Origin: a virus
Lineage: Duplodnaviria; Caudoviricetes
IMG/VR virus record: IMGVR_UViG_2922715855_000002
Span: 1-64,000 of that record
Length of the DNA: 64,000 bases
Strand: one strand, 5' to 3'
A program made the translations under genes and the position numbers. Positions 17,234 through 28,212 of the stretch are shown one piece after another. The notes under the pieces are model-generated. The model was given only the letters and a program-made list of their open reading frames with translations. It ran no database searches and had not been told where the DNA came from. Position 1 is the first letter of the stretch. Every line of letters begins with the position of its first letter.

Positions 17234-18235
17234 ATGAGTGAACGCGTAGGACAAGCACAGTTTGTATCCATGTCGGCAGCAACCCAATTCCAAGGACCAG
17301 GTACTTTGATCACAGATGATTACCAAAAGGAGATCACCGATGTACTCCGTCGGAATTCTATTCTGGATGGTAGATTGAATTACGTTCCTGCAACTGGTGA
17401 TATTTCAACTTACTACGAACAAAACACGGTTAACGGTGGAGATTTTGTTGATCCAAGAAATCCATCGGCTACAGCATCAAGTAATGAACGCACACCGCAC
17501 GGTGTGAAGATTAAGGCGATTACAAATCAAGTGAATTTCGGTCACTATGACACGACACTTGGGCAGCAGCAAAACAACTTCCCCGAATTAAAAGCAAAAG
17601 ATTTAAACGATATGCTCAATGCCGTTGGTTTGACGCACGGTAAAGGATTATGGAGAGGCACGGATACGAATTTGGTTATTCCAAAAACCTTGTCGTATGT
17701 CGGAATTCCGAAGCAAATCACAAATACATTCGTTGTCAGCCCGACATCTTCAATCGTATCTGCAATTCGCGCCAAAGTTGCCGCTATGGTGGCGAGTGAG
17801 AATTACGAGTTAATGCCGACCGCCATTTATATTCATCCTATTGGTCATCACTACCTGGAAGAAGAAGAACGTCAAGCATCAACAAATCAGACACAAATCA
17901 ACAATCTACGAAAAACGACGGTCGCTGGTCTCGAAGTGCTTGCTATTATGACCGCCGCAGGAATCATTCCTATTATTCCTGAACCATTCATGCCATCAGA
18001 AGTAAATGGTTCGGATTCGACTTTGACGGATTATGGCATTGCGATTCTTACAGAGCCTATGATCGAATACCATTATGTCGGTCAAAAAGGGATCTATCTA
18101 TTTCAGTTAGGCACTGTTTCAGATCTACAAGAGAAGTTTATCGGTATCAAATACGGCGCACCTGTCGCTAAAGGTCCGAGCTATGCACATGCATACGGTA
18201 AAATCGAACGGCCAACCATGGTTCCGGTTGGTTAA
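17234..18235 (+). CDS. Major capsid protein
   Basis: 333 aa; synteny; follows the scaffold gene. Confidence 0.8.
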   Translation: MSERVGQAQFVSMSAATQFQGPGTLITDDYQKEITDVLRRNSILDGRLNYVPATGDISTYYEQNTVNGGDFVDPRNPSATASSNERTPHGVKIKAITNQVNFGHYDTTLGQQQNNFPELKAKDLNDMLNAVGLTHGKGLWRGTDTNLVIPKTLSYVGIPKQITNTFVVSPTSSIVSAIRAKVAAMVASENYELMPTAIYIHPIGHHYLEEEERQASTNQTQINNLRKTTVAGLEVLAIMTAAGIIPIIPEPFMPSEVNGSDSTLTDYGIAILTEPMIEYHYVGQKGIYLFQLGTVSDLQEKFIGIKYGAPVAKGPSYAHAYGKIERPTMVPVG

Positions 18236-18295
18236 ATACTTTTCAAGAGGTAGCGTAATCGCTGCCTCTTTGATATAGAAGGAGGAACGAAGCCA

Positions 18296-18718
18296 ATGGC
18301 TAAATCAAAGAAAGAAAAAGCTATGACGTTAATAGAAACCGCGATATCTTTTCGGGATGCCGCTGTAATTGGGACTGAGGCGGGTAACTTCTCGAAAGAT
18401 GCTGTTGATCTCTTGAATACAGAGATTGAAACAGCGCAAAAATTTATCGAAGATGAATCCACCGATGATGGTCAACTGGATACATTGCTCACGTCGCTCA
18501 ATGGAGCGTTAAAGGTATTCCAGGCATCGGAAATCCCACCATCCACAGATGAACCACAGGTAAATACTAGAATCGTCACACTGAAAGGTTCTGAGAGCGA
18601 GAGAAAGGGCGTTCATTCGCTTCATTTGGGCAAACAGATCATTACATTCATTGACGGTAAAGCCGAGCTTACAGACGCAATAGCGTTGGAATTAGAAAAT
18701 GCTGGTTATATCGAATGA
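18296..18718 (+). CDS. Head-associated protein with a FIVAR-like helical domain
   Basis: GTEAGNFSKDAVDLL..EI..A....D.......L..L..A...F pattern. Confidence 0.6.
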   Translation: MAKSKKEKAMTLIETAISFRDAAVIGTEAGNFSKDAVDLLNTEIETAQKFIEDESTDDGQLDTLLTSLNGALKVFQASEIPPSTDEPQVNTRIVTLKGSESERKGVHSLHLGKQIITFIDGKAELTDAIALELENAGYIE

Positions 18719-19281
18719 GTACTTATTTAACCATCGATGATTCAGATTATGTAGCGAATGGCGTTCAATTAACCATGCCGTTGATTATTCGCGCTTCTGC
18801 CATTATTGATGGGGTGTGTAAGCGATCGATTGCTATAACGTCGTATACAGAGCGTGTACCGTTGACTGATAACCAACGAGGGCATTTGTCTTATTACCCT
18901 GTAAACGATGTGACAGCGGTCAGGGGGCGTCCTACGCACGGAATAACTGGAATTGATATATTTGGACCGCCTACATTCCAAGACGTCTCTACGGACATTC
19001 TGGATGTCGATAAACCCATTGGGACATTATGGTGCGGATATTCTTTGTTCGGGGTTCCATATTCAGAATTAGAAGTCACCTATACAAGTGGATGGGAAGA
19101 CATACCGGAGAAGGTAAAGGTGGCTTGTGGATTGATTATCAATCAATTGGCAAGCAACCCTAATCCGAATGTTAAAGCAAAGAAGGACTTCGATTTATCC
19201 ATTGAGTATTTCAGTAGAAACATGGTTACACCGGAGATTTCCGAGCTGCTATCTGAATATGTACTTCGATTCTTTAGGTAG
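18715..19281 (+). CDS. Head-tail connector
   Basis: VTYTSGWEDIPEKVKVAC motif; synteny. Confidence 0.75.
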   Translation: MSTYLTIDDSDYVANGVQLTMPLIIRASAIIDGVCKRSIAITSYTERVPLTDNQRGHLSYYPVNDVTAVRGRPTHGITGIDIFGPPTFQDVSTDILDVDKPIGTLWCGYSLFGVPYSELEVTYTSGWEDIPEKVKVACGLIINQLASNPNPNVKAKKDFDLSIEYFSRNMVTPEISELLSEYVLRFFR

Positions 19282-19290
19282 GTGAAATGA

Positions 19291-19863
19291 ATGTTTTATG
19301 AATTCACGCATCGTCACACCCCTTGCTATGTTGATAATCAACATGATCTCGTCATCCTTTCGCGGGAAAACAAAGCAACGACGGTCGCAGGAAAGGAATA
19401 TGTCTATAACGGCATGTTCTCTCCAGTGTCGAAAGTACATCAAGGTTCCTTGGTCGAGACAATTGATTCATTCCTGGTCCAGACAATGCGGTCCACGACG
19501 GATAAAGACAAATACTGTAGTTTGATTAAAACCAATGCGGTCATTGAAGTGCAGCGGTATACACAAATCTACGATAAACATGATAATCCGTTAAAAGCTT
19601 CCTTCGATTCGGTCGAAAAAGATATTAAAGCCAATGTACAGTATGTAACGGCACAACTGAGGCAAAATGATGCAGGTTTGCTTCCCACAACTGTCTACGT
19701 GCTGCAAATACAATCAACCGTTGATGTAAAAAGACCAAGCGATAGAGCATTAGTCCTTCCGGACAGAATCATAATTAATGAGCGGCCTTATCAGGTGGAT
19801 GTTGTCGATGATTTGAAATTTCCAAATCTGTATCATGTCCAGTTATCCGAGGACAAACGATGA
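19291..19863 (+). CDS. Head closure/adaptor protein
   Basis: Synteny. Confidence 0.6.
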   Translation: MFYEFTHRHTPCYVDNQHDLVILSRENKATTVAGKEYVYNGMFSPVSKVHQGSLVETIDSFLVQTMRSTTDKDKYCSLIKTNAVIEVQRYTQIYDKHDNPLKASFDSVEKDIKANVQYVTAQLRQNDAGLLPTTVYVLQIQSTVDVKRPSDRALVLPDRIIINERPYQVDVVDDLKFPNLYHVQLSEDKR

Positions 19864-20441
19864 TAACCGGATACGATTATGCGAAAGCCTCCGCAGATTT
19901 AGAACATGATTTAGGTGTTGAGATTGCAGGTTTGACCAAGTTGGTCCTACTTACTGCCAAAAGCGGCATTCGCTATTATCCAGAAGTGCGGGATTACATG
20001 CATATGCAAATGACGGTACTAGCTCATGAGATGGTCGAGGGTGAAATTACGGCCGAACATTGGCAAGCTTGGTTAGAACAGTTTGGTAAAGGTTCCAAAA
20101 TGGCTAATAGCATCGATAATCCGGGATTGGTATCTTACATAAACTCAGATCAATGGAATCCGCTACGATCCCAAGGAAGTAAAAACGTCGTAGGCCGTGG
20201 TGAGGGTAATTATCGCAGCATTGATGGCACTACGCATTATTCAGGTGGTGGATATGCGGGCGTAGATTTAGAAGAGTTGGCAGCAAGGGGCGATATTGAT
20301 AAATCATATGGCCCTACACCGCCATCCTATTTTTTGCGAATTGCTCTCCAGGCCAATAGAAACCGAATCCTAGAAGGCATTAGCCGCGTGCTCACAACAT
20401 TCCCATATCATAAATACTTCAAGGAGGTAAAAGATTCATGA
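19860..20441 (+). CDS. Neck/tail completion protein
   Basis: Synteny; PP.YFLR.AL C-terminal motif. Confidence 0.6.
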   Translation: MITGYDYAKASADLEHDLGVEIAGLTKLVLLTAKSGIRYYPEVRDYMHMQMTVLAHEMVEGEITAEHWQAWLEQFGKGSKMANSIDNPGLVSYINSDQWNPLRSQGSKNVVGRGEGNYRSIDGTTHYSGGGYAGVDLEELAARGDIDKSYGPTPPSYFLRIALQANRNRILEGISRVLTTFPYHKYFKEVKDS

Positions 20442-20872
20442 GCTTACAGCTTATCAATGCTATACAAGATACTCATAAAAACGATCCAACGTTTATGACT
20501 CTCGTTAGCCTGAATCCTCAATCCCCTCCAGAAGACATTGTAAAGAGATTTACGAAGGGGATGGAAGCTGATATTACACTGTCATCCTCAACGGTCCCGC
20601 ATATATGCGAATACATTATGCCTGGGAGGTTTTCTAGGAATCCATTGGTGTTTGAAGGAAAGTTTTGTTTAGATTTTTACGGTAAGACATCTTACGAAGC
20701 AAAACTAATGTTCGAGCGGTCGTTCGAACTACTCCACGATAAGCCTATTCACACATCGGATTTTAGATCCTATTTGTGCGTCCTTGCTTACGATGTGGAT
20801 TTCGCGACAGGTATTCGTGATGTGAAGGGGTACAAAGCAATCTATGATGTGGACTATCTCAGAATGAATTGA
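20438..20872 (+). CDS. Tail terminator-like protein
   Basis: Synteny and size. Confidence 0.55.
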   Translation: MSLQLINAIQDTHKNDPTFMTLVSLNPQSPPEDIVKRFTKGMEADITLSSSTVPHICEYIMPGRFSRNPLVFEGKFCLDFYGKTSYEAKLMFERSFELLHDKPIHTSDFRSYLCVLAYDVDFATGIRDVKGYKAIYDVDYLRMN

Positions 20873-20882
20873 GGTGAATAAG

Positions 20883-21077
20883 ATGCCGAGTAAGAAAAAT
20901 ATCGAGACAGAACATGAAGAAGAAACAGAGCTTAGTAAGTTAATTAATCGCAAGATCGAATTAGCCAATAAGCTTGGCATTATGGACGATTACAATCCAA
21001 TCGATAATTATCAAGGTACTGAAGAATACAAGGAACTACAAGAAATCGATAAACGTTTATGGGAACTGGTCAAATAA
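20883..21077 (+). CDS. Hypothetical protein
   Basis: GAGGTGA RBS. Confidence 0.6.
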   Translation: MPSKKNIETEHEEETELSKLINRKIELANKLGIMDDYNPIDNYQGTEEYKELQEIDKRLWELVK

Positions 21078-21115
21078 TCTGACGAGTTCTTTTTTTATTT
21101 GAAGGAGGAACACAA

Positions 21116-21898
21116 ATGAATCCAATAGTATTTGATGGCGTAGGTACAATGGAAATTACAGAGTTGGACGGCACACTGAAGCTAATTGACGATAAAATCA
21201 CTAAAGTCAATTTCCAAGCACAATTAGATTGGCAAAAGGTCATGGGTGGCGACAGCGGATACGCATTCCACTACACAGCCCAGGATCTGCAAGACAAGGT
21301 TTCGATTGAACTACCGCGATTCTCTACGGCTCTTGCTGAGATTTCACAAGGAGCAGATACGATCAATGGTACGGTAGAGTTTAACGAGACTGAGGAAGGT
21401 ATTCTAAGCCCGACAAATGGGTATTCCATCAAAGCCACCACGAAGTTCGGCGGCACTTTGGTAGATAAAAGTGATTCGGTCTATTTGAAAGATCCAAGCA
21501 CAGGAGAATTAAAGAAGCTTGAACGTGTCGCAGCGACGCCAACAGCCACACAATATATGATTGCAAACGGGAAAATCACATCGAACGCAAGCAATGACAA
21601 CAAGAACATTGTTGTTCGATTAAAATGGTCTACAACAGGTACGAAGAGTGCCTTGAGCGGCAAGCGCCGTCCTAAACCGTTTAAATTCACCCATCGGTTC
21701 GAGTTAGTGGATGATAGATCAGGCAAGCCCGTTCAATGTCAATTGACAATTCATAAGGCGCTTGGCGGTGGTACACTCGACGTATCTCAGGAGCGCAAGA
21801 AACCATCTACTAGCACATTAGCTCTTGAAATTATGGAACCGGATATCACACCAGATAACCCGAATGGTTATGCTGCGGAATTGATTTTTGGAATCTAG
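21116..21898 (+). CDS. Major tail (tube) protein
   Basis: Strong RBS; position before the chaperone and tape measure. Confidence 0.75.
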   Translation: MNPIVFDGVGTMEITELDGTLKLIDDKITKVNFQAQLDWQKVMGGDSGYAFHYTAQDLQDKVSIELPRFSTALAEISQGADTINGTVEFNETEEGILSPTNGYSIKATTKFGGTLVDKSDSVYLKDPSTGELKKLERVAATPTATQYMIANGKITSNASNDNKNIVVRLKWSTTGTKSALSGKRRPKPFKFTHRFELVDDRSGKPVQCQLTIHKALGGGTLDVSQERKKPSTSTLALEIMEPDITPDNPNGYAAELIFGI

Positions 21899-21959
21899 TC
21901 TACGAAATAATATCCCCTACCTCTGCGGTGGGGGATATTCAATATAAGGAGGAATTACC

Positions 21960-22292
21960 TTGGAAGAAACATTAGATCAAACATTGAATATCGGTTCAGA
22001 AATTCGGTTGGCTGAAGGGATTACCAAACGTATTCAAATTGGTAGTATCGGGTTAATTCGTAAGGTCCGTTCGATCATGAAAGGCAATGAATATAAATTC
22101 TCTTTCTCCATCGGACGTGGTAAATGGGAAGCAACCGAGAATCGAAAAGAAATTGATTTTGATGCTGTTGAGGAAGCGTATAAGGAGGCTTTTAACCTTG
22201 TCTTGGTTGAAGGTCTAACCGATGAAGAGTATGAGCAAGTAGATGAGCAAGGAATTAAGGAGCTGGATGAGCTCCTGGAACGATTTCTATAA
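21960..22292 (+). CDS. Tail assembly chaperone
   Basis: Acidic 110-aa ORF between tube and tape measure. Confidence 0.75.
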   Translation: MEETLDQTLNIGSEIRLAEGITKRIQIGSIGLIRKVRSIMKGNEYKFSFSIGRGKWEATENRKEIDFDAVEEAYKEAFNLVLVEGLTDEEYEQVDEQGIKELDELLERFL

Positions 22293-22581
22293 TGAATCAT
22301 TCCCTCCAGATCCCGACGAAGATATGGATGAAGATACCGACGAGGAAGCAGACGGGGAAAGCAGAAAAGATACCGATTGGATGGGGATGTGGGCGCTCTG
22401 TGTATCCAACGGCATAACAGATAGTGAATGGATCAATATGACCATCCCCAAGGTACGAGCGCTCATGAAAGCAAAGAACCGTAAAGAAGAATTTGAAATC
22501 ATGCTTCATGGCGGTAAAATTGAAAACAAGAAACCGAAGAAAGCGAAATACCTCTCTGACCTTGGTTTCTATCCGAAATAG
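22285..22581 (+). CDS. Frameshift extension of the tail assembly chaperone (+1 frame)
   Basis: Overlapping open frame without an RBS; CGA-TTT-CTA-TAA at 22281-22292. Confidence 0.6.
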   Translation, partial: FYNESFPPDPDEDMDEDTDEEADGESRKDTDWMGMWALCVSNGITDSEWINMTIPKVRALMKAKNRKEEFEIMLHGGKIENKKPKKAKYLSDLGFYPK

Positions 22582-22648
22582 ACCCTTCTTAATAAAGGGT
22601 CTATTTGTATTGGCTCTTACCTCAGCGATGGAAAGGGGTGAATGATCA

Positions 22649-25600
22649 TTGACAGAGCTAAACAAGGATGTAGTTGGCGCCAAGATTAACTTGGATGTGA
22701 CCAAGATCCTTCCAGCGTTTAAAGCAATCGACGAGGGAGCGAGAGGGAACGCCGCATCGTTTCAATCATTGAATGCTGAATTGGCAATTACACAAAAGAA
22801 CTTTGCATCCATGGGGAGTGCAGCGGATAAATTCGCTCTGACTTCCGAAGAGCGTCGCAAAAAGATACTTGCGGAGTCCGAGGCGTTAATCAAGCAAAGA
22901 TTAGCGCAAACCGAATTAATTAATGCGAAGAAGAATCAACTGGATCAAACGAACAATATCGTGGAATCGAAGCTAAAGGCCCAACAAGCCATCGTGAAAA
23001 AGCGCGAGGATGCGATTGAGCAACAGGAACGAGAACATCAACTGAAGATGGCGGCTCTTCAACAAAAAACGTCTGCGGCAAGCGGGTTAGACAATCTCAT
23101 GCAAGCTAAAATAGACCGTCAATTTCAGATTATGAAAAACGGTGATGCGAAGCTTGAGATGGAAGCAGAGCGACACGCGGCGAAAATGCAGATATTGAAT
23201 CAATCAGCACTTTCACCGACGAAACAGACGCAACCATTAGTGAGTTCAGAAAACATATTTGGTCGCATCGAAAAGTACGCCGAGCATGCTGTTGTATTCC
23301 ATACAATCACCACTGCAATTAATACAGCTCAACACGCATTAAAAGAGGGTCTTGTCGGTATTGAAACCAACATGGCCGGGTATGTACAAACGAATGAGCA
23401 TTACTTTCTGGAATACAATGCTGGAACGAAAGAAATGGTCATGAACACGGAAAAGCTCCACGATGAGACGACAAAATTCCTCCATACGGCACATGACTTA
23501 GGTTCGGAAATCATGGATGTGACCGAATCCGCTAGATTATGGGGTCGAATGTACAAAGATGTTAATGTTGTGCAAGAGCTTGTTCGGCAATCCACGGCGC
23601 TATCTACGGTAGATATGGTTGAATTAGAAGCTTCTACAAAATCCATGGAATCGGTTATGGCGCAGTATGCTGTTCATATCCAAAATGCTAATGATGCGAT
23701 GGTTATTGGTAACCGTGTTCTGGACAGTTGGTCAAAAGTTGCCCATGATACGATGGCACCAGCAAGAGACTTAGGGGCAGCTTTCGAGAGAACGGGTAAA
23801 ATTGCCGCAGAGACAGGTGTTTCTTTCGACTTCATGAATGGGCTCATATCGACAGGGATTAGAAATACAGCTCTTTCAGGAGAAAACCTAGGGAACATGT
23901 GGAAGACCGTCCTCGGTACCATTCGAACAGAAAAAGCTGTGAATGAGATTGAACGCTTAGGCGTCAAAACAACCGAGCTGGTTGATGGTACCGAACAATG
24001 GAGAAAAGCAGAAGATATCCTGTTAGATCTATCCACGAAGGTCATTGATAAAAACTATGATCTCACGCAATCGTATGCAGATATTTCGCGTGGTGTGTAC
24101 CAGTTCGCAAAATTGGCCGCATCATTGAACGCTGGTGATATTCTCTTAGGTACTGCAACATCTATTGGTTCGACAGGCAGCACCATGGAGTACCTAAAGG
24201 TCCAGATGGATACGATCCAGCGGAAAGCAGCTCAAGCAAAAGCGTCATTGCTCGAAGTATTTAACAACGCAGGGGACGATGGTCTACGTCGGAGTATTAA
24301 AGATGTGCTGGATGTCATCGATCGATTGCTAATTGGTCTAACAAAGCTTCCGAAAGGCACGCTTGAAGTTGCCGCGGGAATCGGTGGCCTCATTGTTGTA
24401 ACGAAATCCTTACAAGGGGTTTTGAATCTTACGTCCGGTGCAATAGCCGCCTTGTCTGCAATCAAATCTAAAAATACGATTGCAACAGTAGCTAATACCG
24501 CAGCGACGGTTGCGAATACAACAACCAATCAAGCGAATGTCGTTGCTACAGAAGGGGTCATATTGTCCACGGTCTCTAGAACGGCTGCAACGGAAGGCGC
24601 GTCACTAGCTCAAACGACCCTTTCCACGACAACCAAAGGGGCAGCGGTTGCAACAGGGATTTTGACAACGGCTCAAGCGGCATTATCCGTAACCATGGCG
24701 GCAGCTACCGCAGGGTTATCTTTAGTTATGGCGGGGTTGGCCGCATTTGCCTTCATGTCCGGTAAAGCTGAAAAAGCTGAGAGAGATCGGATTCAGGCCA
24801 TGAAGGATGAGGATTCGGCGAGTCAACAGATGATTAGCCAATACGAGCGGCAAATCGAGCTATTACCAAAGCTAGTCAATGCTCATGTGTCACTTGAAAA
24901 CTCATTAAAGAGTGGGACATTCTCGTCCGAGAAACAAATCCAAGTCAAGAAGCAGTTGGATGAGGTATCTAAAGCCCTTGTTGTAACATTGGGCGAAGAA
25001 GGAGCGAAGCAGTTAGATGCTGCGAAGTACACGGACGAAGCGGTTCGAATCCAAATTCAAGCCTTGAATGACTTGATCGTGAAGCAGCAAGAGGCGCGTA
25101 AAAACGTGCTCTTGGATCAACAAGATGAGATAACGAAGCAACAGGTTGATAAGCAAAAAGAGCTAAAAAAAGCTTTGAAAGACTTAGAAGATGCACAGAA
25201 AACCGCTTACGATCCACAATACGCACTCGTTCAAGTTCAAGCGATTGAAAAGCTTAGGGAAAAGGTTCAGTCACTCGAAAAAGAAAGTCATAAACTAGAT
25301 GATGCAATGGCAGGAGTTAGCGTACAAATTGGTCAACTTGCCGTGGATAGCATCGATCAGTTCTCGGGTGCGGCCGGGAAGGCGACGGAGAGCGTCAAGG
25401 ACCAAGAAGATGCGTTGAGCTATTTAAGGGATGAAATCAAGGATAACACTTCTGCGATCAGTGAATTGAATCAAGTGTCCCATGATTTATCTAAAGGGCA
25501 ATCCATGAATGCGGAGTCTGCAACGGAATTAATCCTTAAATATCCCCAGCTCGCAGACAAGATTTATAAAGTGGCTGATGGTTGGAAGTTTGAGACTGGC

Positions 25601-27661
25601 GCGGTGGACATCCTTCGCAAAGCGAAGATCCAAAAAGCGATTGATGATTTGAAATCCGAGCAAGATTCTCAATTTAATACCAAGGTAGCAACCGATGCTC
25701 GGTTGCAGTCTTATGGGATTGAAGCTCAAGCGATTAAGAGTCTAGCAGACCTCAAAGCTAAATTAAATAGCGCTCGAACTAACGATCTAAGCTCCGGTGA
25801 CGACTTAAAATACTTCAAACCTGCCTTTAAACAACAAGGGCTTGGTGTCATGGGAGCGAAAGAAGCCGCTGAATCCGATTTGGATAGCATCCTGAATGAG
25901 TATGAAAAGGATATGAAGGCTTATGACGATAAAATCAAGTCACTTTCTAAGTTATACAATGATCCGAAGTTTGGTGTTTCTAAAGACAGTTCCAAAGAAA
26001 AATCCAAAAGCAAAAAGGATGATCCGTTAGCGAAGGCGTTTGATGCTTCGTCGAAATATATAGAACATCAAAAGGCGATTGGTAAGTTGAATACCAGTCA
26101 AGAATTAACAGCGTGGCAGCGCGTCCAGTCCCAATATGCTCAAGGGACCGAACAGCGCATGAAAGCAGATGAGAAAGTCTATGCCTTGAAGAAAACTCTA
26201 TCGGATGAAGCGCAAAAGAAAGAGAAAGAAGCCTATAACGCTTCGATAAATTGGATTTCGCATCAAAAAGGAATCCGTGAGGTCTCAGCAGCGCAAGAGC
26301 TTGATATGTTGTTGCGTGTCCAATCACGATATAAAGTTGGTTCGGAAGAACGAATGCAGCTTGACGAGAAAGTTTATGCTGCTCGTAAGGCGAAGGACCA
26401 GGAGTATTTCGCTGACTTTCAAAGGCAGCTCTCGCACAAGAAAGCGATGGAACAAATAAGCACCGAGGATGAAATCAAAGCTTGGATCAAGATACAGGGG
26501 ATGTACAAAGAAGGCACAGACCAACGGATGCAAGCCGATGAACAGTTATATACCTTGAAAAAGAAATTGCTTGATGATGAACAAAAAGCCGTGGGCGACT
26601 ACACGAAGACCACTAAAACGATCTTAGATCAATCGAAGAACGACGCCATTAAGCGCATTGAAGAAGAACGTGACGCATTTCTTGCATCCCAGGATTTGAA
26701 AATCAAAGCTATCGACGATGAAATTAAGAAGATGGACGAAGCTAATAACATCGATGATTATGAACGTGCCTTAGCGGAGAAGAAAGCAAGGCTCGAACTA
26801 TTGCAATCCGCTGTTGGTCCGGAAGGAATCAAGGAACGCGAACAAGTCCAAAAAGATATCGAGGAAATGGAGCGTAAACACCAACGAGAGCAAGCGAAGA
26901 AAAGTCTCGAAGACCAGAAACAGCAATTACAGGATGAGAAAACGCAGAAGGAGAATGATTATAACGATCAGATCCAGAAAACGAAAGAACATTATGATCA
27001 ATTATCCAATGCGTTCGATACCTTCTCGTCACAAATTGAGTTTAAAGCCGAAGACTTGAAACAACTTCAAATCTTGAAGGAGTCTGAGAAGAATGAAGAG
27101 ATCCTTAAACAACTGGATCAATTCATCTTGGATTATCAAGCAAGAATGGGCAAAATTAGTTCCGTATCGGCTTCCATTTCTCAAAGAGAGCTAGATTTAC
27201 AAGAATACAATAGCAACAAAGACGCCTTCGATGCTGCAAAGGCTCGGGGTGATCAAGCGGAGATGGCGCGCTTATCGTCAAGGAATCAACAAATTCGTGA
27301 TCAGTATGGCATAAAACAGGATACAGGTAAGCTTCAACACTTCAAAAATGGCGGCTTGGTACAAGGTCAGCGTGGGGAAGCTGTTCCGGTCGTTGCTCAT
27401 GCAGGAGAAATGTTCCTGAATGAATCGCAACAGGGGGTGCTATTCAAACTATTGAATTTCAACTTTCCACAATTAAGCTTCTCGATGCCGCAGTTCTCCA
27501 TGAATTCAGGTAGCGGCCAATCTGTAACCAATTATAATTATTATTCTGTTTCATCGGGTGATGTGCATATCTCTGATGATTCTACAGCCCGAACATTCTG
27601 GTCGGAAAAAGATAATCTTGTGCGGAGGATGCAATCCAAGGGAGGGAAAAGGAAAGCATGA
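22649..27661 (+). CDS. Tape measure protein (1670 aa)
   Basis: Length, Ala-rich hydrophobic core, coiled coils, synteny. Confidence 0.93.
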   Translation: MTELNKDVVGAKINLDVTKILPAFKAIDEGARGNAASFQSLNAELAITQKNFASMGSAADKFALTSEERRKKILAESEALIKQRLAQTELINAKKNQLDQTNNIVESKLKAQQAIVKKREDAIEQQEREHQLKMAALQQKTSAASGLDNLMQAKIDRQFQIMKNGDAKLEMEAERHAAKMQILNQSALSPTKQTQPLVSSENIFGRIEKYAEHAVVFHTITTAINTAQHALKEGLVGIETNMAGYVQTNEHYFLEYNAGTKEMVMNTEKLHDETTKFLHTAHDLGSEIMDVTESARLWGRMYKDVNVVQELVRQSTALSTVDMVELEASTKSMESVMAQYAVHIQNANDAMVIGNRVLDSWSKVAHDTMAPARDLGAAFERTGKIAAETGVSFDFMNGLISTGIRNTALSGENLGNMWKTVLGTIRTEKAVNEIERLGVKTTELVDGTEQWRKAEDILLDLSTKVIDKNYDLTQSYADISRGVYQFAKLAASLNAGDILLGTATSIGSTGSTMEYLKVQMDTIQRKAAQAKASLLEVFNNAGDDGLRRSIKDVLDVIDRLLIGLTKLPKGTLEVAAGIGGLIVVTKSLQGVLNLTSGAIAALSAIKSKNTIATVANTAATVANTTTNQANVVATEGVILSTVSRTAATEGASLAQTTLSTTTKGAAVATGILTTAQAALSVTMAAATAGLSLVMAGLAAFAFMSGKAEKAERDRIQAMKDEDSASQQMISQYERQIELLPKLVNAHVSLENSLKSGTFSSEKQIQVKKQLDEVSKALVVTLGEEGAKQLDAAKYTDEAVRIQIQALNDLIVKQQEARKNVLLDQQDEITKQQVDKQKELKKALKDLEDAQKTAYDPQYALVQVQAIEKLREKVQSLEKESHKLDDAMAGVSVQIGQLAVDSIDQFSGAAGKATESVKDQEDALSYLRDEIKDNTSAISELNQVSHDLSKGQSMNAESATELILKYPQLADKIYKVADGWKFETGAVDILRKAKIQKAIDDLKSEQDSQFNTKVATDARLQSYGIEAQAIKSLADLKAKLNSARTNDLSSGDDLKYFKPAFKQQGLGVMGAKEAAESDLDSILNEYEKDMKAYDDKIKSLSKLYNDPKFGVSKDSSKEKSKSKKDDPLAKAFDASSKYIEHQKAIGKLNTSQELTAWQRVQSQYAQGTEQRMKADEKVYALKKTLSDEAQKKEKEAYNASINWISHQKGIREVSAAQELDMLLRVQSRYKVGSEERMQLDEKVYAARKAKDQEYFADFQRQLSHKKAMEQISTEDEIKAWIKIQGMYKEGTDQRMQADEQLYTLKKKLLDDEQKAVGDYTKTTKTILDQSKNDAIKRIEEERDAFLASQDLKIKAIDDEIKKMDEANNIDDYERALAEKKARLELLQSAVGPEGIKEREQVQKDIEEMERKHQREQAKKSLEDQKQQLQDEKTQKENDYNDQIQKTKEHYDQLSNAFDTFSSQIEFKAEDLKQLQILKESEKNEEILKQLDQFILDYQARMGKISSVSASISQRELDLQEYNSNKDAFDAAKARGDQAEMARLSSRNQQIRDQYGIKQDTGKLQHFKNGGLVQGQRGEAVPVVAHAGEMFLNESQQGVLFKLLNFNFPQLSFSMPQFSMNSGSGQSVTNYNYYSVSSGDVHISDDSTARTFWSEKDNLVRRMQSKGGKRKA

Positions 27662-28212
27662 TTGAAGCAACAGTGAATGGTGTTTCGTTCAAATCCATTG
27701 GACTAGGGTTAAAGAGTCATAATATATCAGTCCTCCCGCCAACGAAAGACAATACGATCGAAATTGCCGAGATGGACGGTGAGATCGATTTCGGCAGTAC
27801 GTATGGACCAAGAACATTCGACTTAGAGTGTATTGTTATGGCTGATGATCCGACTATAGATTACCATCGCAGAGTCGCCCAAGTGGCGGCTCTTTTTAAT
27901 ATCAAAAAAGGCGATATCGTATTCACTTTTTCGGATTTGCAAGGAAGGAAATATGTTGGTAGATACGCGGGGACGATGCCCATTGAAAAGTTGATTTTCG
28001 ACGGTGAGGTAACTATCCCCATAAAAATGTCGAATCCATATCCTGAGAGCGATGAAGTTATAAATGAAAAGACTTTGTATCAATCCGGTGATATGATCAA
28101 CGCCTTTTCGGATGGTGGTGTCAGTACAAGCCCTATGATTGTCTTGACCAACACGGGAACCACGACCATTCAACGATTTAAGTTAACACATGAATATCTA
28201 ATTGAGGGGTGA
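27658..28212 (+). CDS. Distal tail protein (Dit), N-terminal part
   Basis: MDGEIDFGSTYGPRTF and FSD..GRKY motifs directly after the TMP. Confidence 0.8.
   Translation: MIEATVNGVSFKSIGLGLKSHNISVLPPTKDNTIEIAEMDGEIDFGSTYGPRTFDLECIVMADDPTIDYHRRVAQVAALFNIKKGDIVFTFSDLQGRKYVGRYAGTMPIEKLIFDGEVTIPIKMSNPYPESDEVINEKTLYQSGDMINAFSDGGVSTSPMIVLTNTGTTTIQRFKLTHEYLIEG

Noticed and set aside
23401-27059. Numerous 60-130-aa antisense or alternate-frame ORFs inside the TMP (and similarly inside terminase, portal and capsid genes)
   Set aside because: They are fully nested in long conserved genes, lack RBSs, and have composition typical of shadow frames.
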